A stretch of DNA of 20,317 nt from Candidatus Eiseniibacteriota bacterium. GTDB lineage: Bacteria > Eisenbacteria > RBG-16-71-46. Within the stretch, counting starts at the first letter, position 1. Every line of letters starts with the position of its first letter. Under the pieces are notes generated by a model, which was not told the DNA's origin, made no database searches, and was given only the letters and a program-made list of their open reading frames with translations. The stretch is taken from contig JANLWX010000031.1 of the NCBI GenBank assembly GCA_031364845.1, forward strand, positions 1 through 20,317. Direction: 5' to 3'. Of this stretch, positions 1 to 8,093 are shown piece by piece. The translations under genes were made by a program, and so were the position numbers.

Positions 1-393
1 TCGAGCCGCATCAACTCGACGTGGGGCGGGAACCTCGTGGACATGGTGCGGTGCGGGCGCTACCTCGAGATCATGCACGAGGAGAAGCTGGTCGAGCGCG
101 CGGCCGAGACGGGGGCGCATTTGAAGCGCGAGCTGGAATCGCTTCAGTCGGAGCGTCCCGAGCTGATGTCGAACGCGCGTGGTCTCGGGCTCATGTGCGC
201 GATCGACTTCACTGACGGCACGCTGCGCAACACCGTCGCCGACAAGGCCTATGAACTCGGCATGATCATCCTGTCGTGCGGCACGCACAGCCTGCGCTTC
301 CGCCCGCCGCTCGATGTGACGACGGACGAGATCGACGAAGCGGTCGGAATCTTGAAGCGCGCGGTGGAGCTGAGCGTCGCAAAAACCGCTTGA
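1..393 (+). CDS. lat: L-lysine 6-transaminase (class III PLP aminotransferase), 3' part; start lies outside the window
   Basis: Frame +1 is open from base 1 and reads SSRINSTWGGNLVDMVR...NARGLGLMCAIDF...LRFRPPL. SSRINSTWGGNLVDMVR is characteristic of lysine epsilon-aminotransferases. Stop TGA at 391-393. Confidence 0.85.
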   Translation, partial: SSRINSTWGGNLVDMVRCGRYLEIMHEEKLVERAAETGAHLKRELESLQSERPELMSNARGLGLMCAIDFTDGTLRNTVADKAYELGMIILSCGTHSLRFRPPLDVTTDEIDEAVGILKRAVELSVAKTA

Positions 394-445
394 AATTCGC
401 TGATGCGCAGCGGGGCCTGATGCGTAGGGCGCGGCCACGCTGGTT

Positions 446-487
446 AAAAAACGAAGGCCCGGAGCGATCGATGCTCCGGGCCTTCGT
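446..487 (-). terminator. Rho-independent terminator between convergent genes
   Basis: Perfect 15-bp stem ACGAAGGCCCGGAGC (451-465) / GCTCCGGGCCTTCGT (473-487) with a 7-nt loop. The A-run at 446-451 gives a U-tract on the minus strand, just downstream of the stop at 517. Confidence 0.85.
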
Positions 488-516
488 GCTGGCATTCGCG
501 CCGTGCGATGCGGCAG

Positions 517-1983
517 CTAAGGAGTCGCGCGCATCATCCTCACCGGGTCCACGACTCCCGGCGCATCGAGCGAGCCCGAGATTCTATAGATGACACCGAG
601 CGAGAACTGCTGATCGCTCAAGTCGCGTCCATCCTGGTGGCGGTTCCCGCCGCCCCATGACAACCCGAGTCGCCATGCGTCTTCGAGGTAGTAGGCGATG
701 GTGCCGCCATATCCCACGGCCCACGCCTCGGGCTCACCGGGCCTCCGACCTTGACGGTCCCAATCATGGCGGACATACGCATCGGCGGACCAGCGATCGG
801 CGATGAGGTACGTTAATTGCGCTGCTGAACTGATCACCAGGTACTCGGATTCGTCGAGGTAGAAGACCCTGGAGCCGGCATCGAACTGCAGGCGCAGATC
901 GATCGGTACGAACATCTCGGCGCGTCCGCCCACGCTCACGCGGGAATCGTGAGAGGTCGCGCGATCGCTCAGCGATCGATCGAATCGGTCGACGAGCGAG
1001 TCGTTGAAGAAGCGAACGCCCTCGAAGTCACTCGATCGGCGGCGAAACTCATTGAAGTCCAGCACGGTCACCGAAGGTCCGATGAAGAAACCGGCGTTGC
1101 GAGACACGGAGCGTTTCTCGAAGGCGGGTTCGATCACGCGGTACACCGCATAGGCGTCGAGAGCGTCGCCCTCGAGCGCGCCGTCCTCGCGCAGAATGCG
1201 TTCGACTTCGCGCCAGAAGAACTTCGCGGGCCGGTCGTGCGGGACCGAGAACGCGCTCTCGACGTAGAACAGTGCGGCGAGCTTCTCTCTCGCGTCTCGC
1301 GACAGCCCGCGCCTCAGCGTGTTCAAGTCGAGCAGACGTTGTTCGAGGAGCCGCGCGCGATAGACGCCGGTGGCATCCCGCACCCGCCCGACACCGAGGG
1401 ACATCGTCGCGCTCACCGATTGGCGGTTGAAGTCCGCATCGTCGCGCGAAACGGACCGCGTGCGAAACGGTGCAAACCTCTGATCGAATGCATTCTCTGC
1501 GCTCGACTGACCAAAGCTCGCATCGCCGAACGCCGACAGGTCGACACCCAGGGGGAATTCCCACGGATAGATCCGCGCGCTCCCCTGAAGTGCCAGGCCC
1601 TCCACCGCATCGTGTTGCGAGAACTCGTTCGAGCGCCGGCCGAGCGTATCGGCCGAAGTCCTTTCGGCATGACGGCGGCTTCCGGCCAGGTTTGCCGACA
1701 GTCCGATGCGATGCTGAAGGCGATCCGAATCGTACCCCCACTCCATCGTCGAGCGGAGATTGCCCGACAACGTGCCGTCGTCGGCGCTCTCACCTTGGAA
1801 GTCGCTGTGTTGCGACCGGCCGCTTCCGGAGAAGTCGACGAACCACGAGGACCATCGATGCTTCGGAATGCGGAAGTCGGTGAACTCGGAATCGGCGGCG
1901 GAGGCGGGAGGTGCGGATGACGTGCAGACGAGAACTGCGAAGACACACGCAAGGCCGGTACTTCTGCGGTAACCACGATTCAT
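517..1983 (-). CDS. Secreted hypothetical protein, probable outer-membrane beta-barrel (488 aa)
   Basis: ATG at 1983 has a GAGGAG RBS upstream, so it is preferred over the 2070 start in the ORF track. Signal-peptide-like N-terminus (MNRGYRR...CVFAVLVCTSSAPPASA-AD). Many amphipathic beta-strand segments with aromatic residues (WAVGYGGTIAYYL, WRLGLSWGG, QFSLGVIYR). Confidence 0.7.
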   Translation of the reverse strand: MNRGYRRSTGLACVFAVLVCTSSAPPASAADSEFTDFRIPKHRWSSWFVDFSGSGRSQHSDFQGESADDGTLSGNLRSTMEWGYDSDRLQHRIGLSANLAGSRRHAERTSADTLGRRSNEFSQHDAVEGLALQGSARIYPWEFPLGVDLSAFGDASFGQSSAENAFDQRFAPFRTRSVSRDDADFNRQSVSATMSLGVGRVRDATGVYRARLLEQRLLDLNTLRRGLSRDAREKLAALFYVESAFSVPHDRPAKFFWREVERILREDGALEGDALDAYAVYRVIEPAFEKRSVSRNAGFFIGPSVTVLDFNEFRRRSSDFEGVRFFNDSLVDRFDRSLSDRATSHDSRVSVGGRAEMFVPIDLRLQFDAGSRVFYLDESEYLVISSAAQLTYLIADRWSADAYVRHDWDRQGRRPGEPEAWAVGYGGTIAYYLEDAWRLGLSWGGGNRHQDGRDLSDQQFSLGVIYRISGSLDAPGVVDPVRMMRATP

Positions 1984-2194
1984 GCGGCGACTCCTCGATG
2001 AGCCGGGTTCGAGCCATAGGGAGGCTCTTGGGAGCAGTTGGAGCGAACCACAGCCACGAGGTCGTAGCAAGGACTCTGTTCGCGGACGCCTCGTCGATCG
2101 ACCCGCGGTTTGCTTCGGTCATACGCGGTTCGGACTCACTTGGGCAGCGCGCGCAATGCCCCTATGCTCGCCGTCTCCCACAGGAGTCCCCGAC

Positions 2195-3769
2195 ATGTCC
2201 GAAACGTCTCCGGCCCCGACCGGATCCCAGACCCCGCCGAAGTTCCGTGCCTCCGCCGTCGTCGTGCTGGTCCGCGGCCGCGGGGCCGACCTCGAGGTGT
2301 ACTGGGTGCGCCGCAGCGATGCCGTGCCCGCGATGCCCGGATTCGAGGCCTTCATCGGCGGGGGCGTGAATGCCGAAGACACCGCGTTCGCCGCCGCGAT
2401 GACGCCACCCGCGGGCGACGATGCCGCGGCGGCTGCCGACGGCTTCGATGCCGCGCAGTTGCGCGTGCTGGAAGCGTGCGTGATTCGCGAAGCGTTCGAG
2501 GAAACCGGCGTGTTGCTGGGGACCGGCGCTCGCTCGGAGGACGCGGCCCGCGGCTCGATGCGTGCCGGTGTGCTCGATGGAACCCTGAGCTTCGGCGCGC
2601 TCGCGCGCGAGCACGGATGGGCATTCGAAGGTGGCGCGCTCCGCTACATCGGACGCTGGACCACGCCGCCGTTTTCCGCAGCGCGCTTCGACTCGGCGTT
2701 CTTCATCGCGGAAGTGCCGAGTGGCCAGGAGCCCACGATCATTCCCGGCGAGCTTGCGCGCGGCGAGTGGATCGCACCCGGAGTTGCACTCGAACGTTGG
2801 AAGGCAGGAGAAGCCGCATTCGCCGCGCCGATCCTGCACGTGCTGCTCGAACTCGCGACGGCTTCTGCGTCGGGCGGCGACGCATTCGATCCGCCCGTGC
2901 TCGAGCGCCTGCGTTCGGCGCCGCGCCGCGCCGGGCAACCCGTGCGGCGCATCGAGATGCGATGGGGCATCGTGCTTCATCCGTCCAAGACGCGCCCGCT
3001 GCCGCCCGCGACGCATACCAACACGTATCTGGTCGGTGATCGCGATATGGCGCTGATCGATCCCGGAAGTGCGGATCCCGAAGAGCTGGATGCGCTGTAT
3101 GGCGTGATCGACTCGCTCGCCTCCGACGGACGGCGCGTCGCGTGCATCCTCGCCACGCACCATCATCCCGATCACATCGCAGGGATCGAAGCCGTGCGCA
3201 CCCGATTCACGGTGCCGGTTCTGGCGCATGCCGAATCCGCGCGCGCCGTGCGGCCCGATCGATTGCTCGAGGACGGCGAGATCGTCACGCTCGCCTCGGA
3301 TGCGCGCGACTGGAGCCTGCGCACGCTCTATACCCCCGGCCACACGCGCGGGCACTTAAGTTTCCTGCATGAAGGAACCCGCTCGCTGTTCACCGGCGAT
3401 CTCATTCCCGGCGGTGCGGGCAGCGTGATCATCGACCCGCCCGATGGCGACATGTTCGAGTACATGCAGTCGCTCGAACGATTGCTCACGGAGCCCGTCG
3501 ACATGCTGTTCCCCGGACACGGCTCGCCGCAGGGCGGCGCGATGAGGCGGATTCGCGCGCTGATCGAGCATCGATTGGGGCGCGAGGCGAAGGTCGCCGC
3601 CGCGCTCGATGCTTCGCCGCGCACGTTGCAGGAACTGGTCGCGCGGGCGTACGCCGACACCCCGCGCGAATTGTGGAGCTACGCCGAGCGCTCGCTGCTC
3701 GCCCATCTGCTCAAGCTCGAACGCGAAGGACGCGCCGCGCGCGATGGCGATCGGTGGTGCGCTGAGTGA
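2195..3769 (+). CDS. NUDIX hydrolase / metallo-beta-lactamase-fold hydrolase fusion (LACTB2-like, with C-terminal winged-helix-like tail), 524 aa
   Basis: CAGGAG RBS before ATG 2195. Nudix box (IGGGV...IREAFEETGV) and WTTP..RFDSAFF motif of NUDT19-like Nudix enzymes. MBL motifs THHHPDH, TPGHT, FTGD and PGHG. C-terminal AERSLLAHLLKL typical of the LACTB2 family. Confidence 0.88.
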   Translation: MSETSPAPTGSQTPPKFRASAVVVLVRGRGADLEVYWVRRSDAVPAMPGFEAFIGGGVNAEDTAFAAAMTPPAGDDAAAAADGFDAAQLRVLEACVIREAFEETGVLLGTGARSEDAARGSMRAGVLDGTLSFGALAREHGWAFEGGALRYIGRWTTPPFSAARFDSAFFIAEVPSGQEPTIIPGELARGEWIAPGVALERWKAGEAAFAAPILHVLLELATASASGGDAFDPPVLERLRSAPRRAGQPVRRIEMRWGIVLHPSKTRPLPPATHTNTYLVGDRDMALIDPGSADPEELDALYGVIDSLASDGRRVACILATHHHPDHIAGIEAVRTRFTVPVLAHAESARAVRPDRLLEDGEIVTLASDARDWSLRTLYTPGHTRGHLSFLHEGTRSLFTGDLIPGGAGSVIIDPPDGDMFEYMQSLERLLTEPVDMLFPGHGSPQGGAMRRIRALIEHRLGREAKVAAALDASPRTLQELVARAYADTPRELWSYAERSLLAHLLKLEREGRAARDGDRWCAE

Positions 3770-4611
3770 ATCCCGCGTACGCGAGTGCCGTGCTCTCGTC
3801 GGTCGTGTTCGGCACCGCCGACTTTCTCGGCGGCATCGCCGCGCGCCGCGCCTCGACGCTGACCGTGACGTTTGCGTCCGGAGCTGCGGGTTTGCTGAGC
3901 CTGTGCGTCGCCGCGCTGTTCATCCGTGGTGTCGCGCTGCCGCAGGACTACGCGTGGGGGAGCCTCGGCGGCCTGTGCGGGGGGCTCGGTGTCGCGCTGC
4001 TCTATCGCGCGCTCGCGATCGGCCCCGTGAGTGTCGCCGCACCCGTCGTGTCGCTGGTGGCGCTGACCTTGCCGATCATCGTGGGAGTCGCACTCGGCGA
4101 ACGTCCCTCGCTGCTCGCGTGCATCGGCATGGCGCTCGCCGCCGGATCGTTCCCGCTGATCTCCAACACCGGCCGTCGCGAAGACGCCTCCGACCCACGC
4201 GCACGGCGCTCGATGATCGTGATGTCGTTGATGTCCGGAGCGCTGGTCGGCGGATTTCTCGTGTGCATCGGCCGCGTGTCGGACAGCGCCGGACTCGCGC
4301 CGCTCTTCGCCGCGCGTATGACCACGGTGGTCGTGTTCGCCGCGATCCTGCTCGTGCGCCGCGAAACCCCATGGCCGCGCGGCGTCGTTCTGCCCACACT
4401 CGCCGCCGGCGTACTCGACTCGTTCGCCAACGTCGCCTACTTCATCGCGGTCCAGAGCGGACCGCTTGCGATCGTCGGCACGATCGTGTCACTCGCACCC
4501 GCTGCCACCGTGCTCCTTGCGCGAATCGTGCTGCGCGAACGCTGGACCGCGCCACAGCGCGTCGGTCTCGCCTTCGCCGGAGCCGCGATCGCGTGCGTGT
4601 CGCTCGGATGA
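3766..4611 (+). CDS. EamA/DMT-family transporter
   Basis: GTGA overlap with the upstream stop. About 10 hydrophobic helices arranged in two repeats. Motifs FGTADFLGG, YRALAIGPVSVAAP, LGERPS and SLAPAATVLLARIVLRER. Confidence 0.9.
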   Translation: MNPAYASAVLSSVVFGTADFLGGIAARRASTLTVTFASGAAGLLSLCVAALFIRGVALPQDYAWGSLGGLCGGLGVALLYRALAIGPVSVAAPVVSLVALTLPIIVGVALGERPSLLACIGMALAAGSFPLISNTGRREDASDPRARRSMIVMSLMSGALVGGFLVCIGRVSDSAGLAPLFAARMTTVVVFAAILLVRRETPWPRGVVLPTLAAGVLDSFANVAYFIAVQSGPLAIVGTIVSLAPAATVLLARIVLRERWTAPQRVGLAFAGAAIACVSLG

Positions 4612-4622
4612 GGTTTCAATAG

Positions 4623-5987
4623 ATGAGCAAGAAGATCGTTGTCGTCGGAGCCGGAGCCGCAGGACTGACCGCGGCGTTGCGTGCCGCCGAAGCCGGCGCG
4701 CAAGTCACCCTGTTGAACGCGCATCCCAAGATCGGGCTGAAAATTCTGATGTCGGGCGGCACGCGCTGCAACGTGACGCATCGCGAAGTGAGCGAGCGCG
4801 ACTATCACGGCGGCTCACGGCCGTTCGTGGCGCGCGTGCTGCGGGCGTTCACGGTGCTGCAGACGCTGGAGTGGTTCGATGCGCTGGGAGTACCGCTCAA
4901 GCTCGAGGAGACCGGGAAGTACTTTCCGGCGAGCGATGATGCGCAGACGGTGCTCGATGCGATCGTCGGCGCGGTGGAGCGGGCGGGGGTGGAGGTGCGG
5001 TACGGGGCGCGGGTGGTGCGGGTGGAGCGTGTTGGTGCTGATGGCGGCTCGGAGACCGGAGGCTCTGCCGCGCCGGCGCGATTCCGATTGGGGATTCAGA
5101 ACGTCGGTGACAGCGCAGCGTTCGCCGATGTGAGTGCGGTCGGCCGCTCGCACTGGGAGCCTGTCGCCGCAGAGCCCGACACGTGGATAGAAGCTGACGC
5201 CGTGATCATCGCCACCGGCGGACTCTCGTTTCCGCGCACCGGCAGCGACGGAACTGGCTACTCTCTCGTGGAGGCGCTTGGACACACGCTCGAACCCACG
5301 GTCCCCGCGCTCACACCGCTCGCCGCGGACGACCTGCTCTGCCGCACCGCGCAAGGCGTCACGCACGACGTCGAGTTGTCGCTATGGCGCGGAACCAAAC
5401 GCGTGGAGACCGTGGCCGGCTCGATGCTGCTCGCGCACTTCGGCTACACCGGACCCGCAGCACTCGATCTATCGCGACACTGGATGCGCGCGTCACTAAA
5501 TGCACGCGACGAAGGCGGCGCTGCCGCGCCGCTGCGCGTGACGGCGAACTTCATGCCCGGGATGAATCGAGAGTCGCTACTCGAGCGCTGGATCTACGTG
5601 GGGTCACGCGATTCTCGCGCTAACGTGCGGCGGTTCTTTGGCGCATCCATGCCGGATCGGCTCGCGCTCGAGTTGTCGCGCGAGTCGGGAGTGCATCCGA
5701 CCATGTCGCTGAGCCAGGTCTCGAAGTCGGACCGCGCGACCTTGATCATGCGCGTCGTCGAACGCGAACTGCCGGTGACCGGAACGCTCGGCTACGAGAA
5801 AGCCGAAGTGACCGCCGGAGGCGTGCGATTGAACGAAGTGAATCCGAGCACGCTCGAGTCTCGCACGACACCGGGAGTGTTTCTGTGCGGGGAAGTGCTG
5901 GATGTGGAGGGGCGGCTGGGTGGGTTCAACTTTCAATTCTCGTGGTCATCGGGAACGGTGGCCGGGCGAGCCGCGGCATCGACATGA
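4623..5987 (+). CDS. HI0933/BaiN-family NAD(P)/FAD-dependent oxidoreductase
   Basis: Motifs VVVGAGAAG, GLKILMSGGTRCNVT, ATGGLSFPRTGSDGTGY, VTAGGV and GEVLDVEGRLGGFNFQ are all diagnostic of the HI0933/YhiN family. Confidence 0.92.
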   Translation: MSKKIVVVGAGAAGLTAALRAAEAGAQVTLLNAHPKIGLKILMSGGTRCNVTHREVSERDYHGGSRPFVARVLRAFTVLQTLEWFDALGVPLKLEETGKYFPASDDAQTVLDAIVGAVERAGVEVRYGARVVRVERVGADGGSETGGSAAPARFRLGIQNVGDSAAFADVSAVGRSHWEPVAAEPDTWIEADAVIIATGGLSFPRTGSDGTGYSLVEALGHTLEPTVPALTPLAADDLLCRTAQGVTHDVELSLWRGTKRVETVAGSMLLAHFGYTGPAALDLSRHWMRASLNARDEGGAAAPLRVTANFMPGMNRESLLERWIYVGSRDSRANVRRFFGASMPDRLALELSRESGVHPTMSLSQVSKSDRATLIMRVVERELPVTGTLGYEKAEVTAGGVRLNEVNPSTLESRTTPGVFLCGEVLDVEGRLGGFNFQFSWSSGTVAGRAAAST

Positions 5988-6031
5988 GCGCGCTGCCCAG
6001 GGCAGCGCCTCTGGCATGCCAAGCGGCATCG

Positions 6032-6060
6032 TTGACGCGTGCGGAGTCGCGCCGTACCGT
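6032..6060 (+). promoter_or_regulatory. Putative sigma70 promoter for the TIR gene and cassette run
   Basis: TTGACG (6032-6037), 17-bp spacer, TACCGT (6055-6060). Lies 40 bp upstream of ATG 6100, with a GGGGAGG RBS in between. Confidence 0.5.
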
Positions 6061-6099
6061 CGCCGCGTCCCAAGATGTTGCAAGGGGGAGGATTGCGAA

Positions 6100-6825
6100 A
6101 TGGCTAGATGCACAGCACCTGTGATGGGCCATCGCTCAGCGAGCGCCGCCGCGAACTGCCCTGCATGCGGTAGTAGGTATGGACGATATGGCAGCCATAG
6201 CAGCTTCAGGTCGTACTCGTCCCCGTCGTACTCCTCTTCTGGGAGTAGTGGGGGCGGCCGGAGCAGCAGCGGGTTCGGCAGCAGCGCAAGGCCTCGCTGG
6301 TCGCCAGCCGGATCGTCAGTGGTCTACACGCCGACCGAGGTTCTGGCACTTACGCCGGTCCGCAACAGAATCGAGAACCTAGCGAAGCGGCCTGACCTTC
6401 GGGATGTCTTCCTATGCCACGCGTGGGACGACCGGCAGGGGGCCGCCAAGGAACTTCACGATCTGCTGGAGTCACGTGGTGTGCGGGTCTGGTTCAGCGA
6501 GAAGGACGTTGGCCTCGGCGTGCCGTTGCTCCGTGCCATCGACAAAGGCTTGGCGAACTCGCGAGTCGGAATCGTGCTGGTGACCCCAGCGTTGCTGGGC
6601 CGCCTCCCGGCAGAGGGCATCGCCGACAAGGAACTTTCGGCACTCCTCGCAGGTGAACGGCTCGTCCCAGTTGTGCACGGGACGACGTATGAAGCTCTCC
6701 GCGAAGTCAGCCCTCTCCTGGCCTCGCGAAGCGGCCTGAGCACTGCGGAAGGTTCGATGGTAGGTGTCGCGGCCAAAATTGCTGAGCTCGTTACCCTTGA
6801 GCTCTTTCCCGCAACCAAACCGTGA
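6100..6825 (+). CDS. TIR (TIR_2-type) domain protein with N-terminal C-H-C-C motif and Ser/Gly-rich linker, 241 aa
   Basis: RBS GGGGAGG before ATG 6100, preferred over 5902. TIR motifs DVFLCHAWDD, GVRVWFSE, AIDKGLANSRVGIVLVTP and ADKEL (putative catalytic E178). N-terminus MARC-x6-H-x8-CPAC. Confidence 0.88.
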   Translation: MARCTAPVMGHRSASAAANCPACGSRYGRYGSHSSFRSYSSPSYSSSGSSGGGRSSSGFGSSARPRWSPAGSSVVYTPTEVLALTPVRNRIENLAKRPDLRDVFLCHAWDDRQGAAKELHDLLESRGVRVWFSEKDVGLGVPLLRAIDKGLANSRVGIVLVTPALLGRLPAEGIADKELSALLAGERLVPVVHGTTYEALREVSPLLASRSGLSTAEGSMVGVAAKIAELVTLELFPATKP

Positions 6826-6829
6826 ATCG

Positions 6830-6927
6830 CGGTAAAATCTAGCATCGCAACGACCGGAAGGGCGGAGCGGCCCCTTGTGATTCCAACGCGACTTGTCCGG
6901 CCGGTGCTGAATGCTTATTCGTTAGCT
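6830..6927 (+). mobile_element. Degenerate integron attC site
   Basis: Starts a few bases after the TIR stop and ends in an R' box GTTAGCT (6921-6927). Imperfect inverted arms AGCATCGCAACGACCGGA (6841-6858) / TCCGGCCGGTGCTGAATGCT (6896-6915). The expected R'' box is eroded to GGTAAA (6831-6836). Confidence 0.5.
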
Positions 6928-6948
6928 ACGCAAGAGAGGACAACGGTA

Positions 6949-8004
6949 ATGGCAAAGACTAAGCGAAAACCCTCCCGGCCAACAACGCCGTCATCAAGTG
7001 GCGGGCGAGGCAGAGGCGGCCCCAAGTACCCTCGGCATAACCTTGAGAGGGCTCTACGTGCACCACGGGCCATCCTGGAACAGAACGCCGGGCACGCTTG
7101 CACAGATCGCGAGGCCGCTGGTTTTGTCGGGATCGGCTATACGGGCGAGTTCGGGTCTGAGCTTGCCTCTGCTATCAAGTACGGCCTTCTGGAACGACCC
7201 GAAACTCAGAAGGTCCAGCCAACCGAACTTGCCAAGAAGATCATACGTCCCCACACGCCCGGCGATGAGGTCGACGGGCTCAGGGAAGCGGCACTCAAAG
7301 CGCCAGAGATCTCCGGGGTGTACGCGCACTATCGTGGCGAGAATCTTCCCGACCGGCAGTTCTTTGCCAACACGCTGGCCGACCGATTCAACATCCCGGC
7401 CGAACGCGCCGACGAGTTCACCTCCATTTTCAAGGACACGCTCGGGACCGCAAAGCTGCTGGAGGAGCATGACGGGCGTATCAGACTCCTTGACGTCTCG
7501 CAGCAGCCGGCTGGCCAGGCAGCGAGCGACGAATCCATAAAGCGACTCGGAAAGACTGCGAACGTGCAGAGCGGCGACACGTGCTTCGTCATGATGCCGT
7601 TCGCCGATCCGATCGGGCGGTACTATGAACTCGTCTACGAGCCAGCGATCAAGAAGGCCGGTCTAGTTCCAGTGCGTGCCGATGCGGACATATTCGCAAC
7701 AGGCAAGATCATGGAACAGGTCTGGGCAGGGATCAACCGCGCCAAGATTCTCGTGGCCGAACTCACCTCTCGGAATCCGAATGTATTCTATGAACTCGGC
7801 TTGGCTCATGCTCTGGAGAAGCCAGTCGTGCTCGTGTCGTCGAACGAGGGTGACGTGCCGTTCGATCTTCAGCACATCAGGGTTATCTACTACGACGTAA
7901 CCGATCCTTTCTGGGGCGACAAACTGATCAAGAAGGTCGCGGAGAATGTCCTATCGGCACTCAACAACCCCGAAGAGGCGATGTTCAAGAAAGCAGGGAG
8001 GTAG
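6949..8004 (+). CDS. Putative winged-helix N-terminal domain fused to a nucleoside 2-deoxyribosyltransferase / N-glycosidase-like domain (351 aa), carried on a gene cassette
   Basis: GAGAGGA RBS before ATG 6949. C-terminal motifs CFVMMPF, VRAD, ILVAELTSRNPNVFYELGLAHALEKPVVL and PFDLQHIRVIYY match the NDT-like/TIR-like Rossmannoid family. The N-terminal YPRHNLERAL...LASAIKYGLL...TELAKKI pattern suggests a winged helix (inference). Confidence 0.8.
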   Translation: MAKTKRKPSRPTTPSSSGGRGRGGPKYPRHNLERALRAPRAILEQNAGHACTDREAAGFVGIGYTGEFGSELASAIKYGLLERPETQKVQPTELAKKIIRPHTPGDEVDGLREAALKAPEISGVYAHYRGENLPDRQFFANTLADRFNIPAERADEFTSIFKDTLGTAKLLEEHDGRIRLLDVSQQPAGQAASDESIKRLGKTANVQSGDTCFVMMPFADPIGRYYELVYEPAIKKAGLVPVRADADIFATGKIMEQVWAGINRAKILVAELTSRNPNVFYELGLAHALEKPVVLVSSNEGDVPFDLQHIRVIYYDVTDPFWGDKLIKKVAENVLSALNNPEEAMFKKAGR

Positions 8005-8062
8005 CTAACAACAGCATGCAGCGGACGGTGCTTCGCTGCGCCGCTGATGCTGATCGTTAGCC
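8003..8062 (+). mobile_element. Integron attC recombination site (about 60 bp)
   Basis: R'' AGCTAAC overlaps the stop codon and R' is GTTAGCC (8056-8062). Arms CAGCAT[G]CAGCGG[A]CG and CGCCGCTGATGCTG pair perfectly except for two extrahelical bases, with an unpaired spacer next to the R boxes. Confidence 0.88.
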
Positions 8063-8093
8063 GGACGGACGACCAGAGAGCCAGGACGAGAAG

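Noticed and set aside
949..1920. Long + strand ORF (323 aa) and similar long antisense or alternate-frame ORFs (for example 2162-3355, 3609-4622, 11313-12191, 19079-19753, 19510-20274)
   Set aside because: Shadow ORFs of real genes in GC-rich DNA. They are Arg/Ala-rich or antisense-patterned and carry no recognisable motifs.
5990..6008. Inverted repeat GCGCTGCCC-A-GGGCAGCGC right after the flavoprotein stop
   Set aside because: No U-tract and only 9 bp per arm. It may be a pause site or operator, but there is too little support to call it a terminator or an attI site.
5902..6099. N-terminal extension of the TIR ORF given in the ORF track
   Set aside because: It overlaps the flavoprotein gene, and the RBS and putative promoter point to ATG 6100.
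6100..8004. Assignment as Thoeris, CBASS or a retron
   Set aside because: No ThsA-type effector, nucleotide cyclase, reverse transcriptase or recognisable msr-msd in the window.
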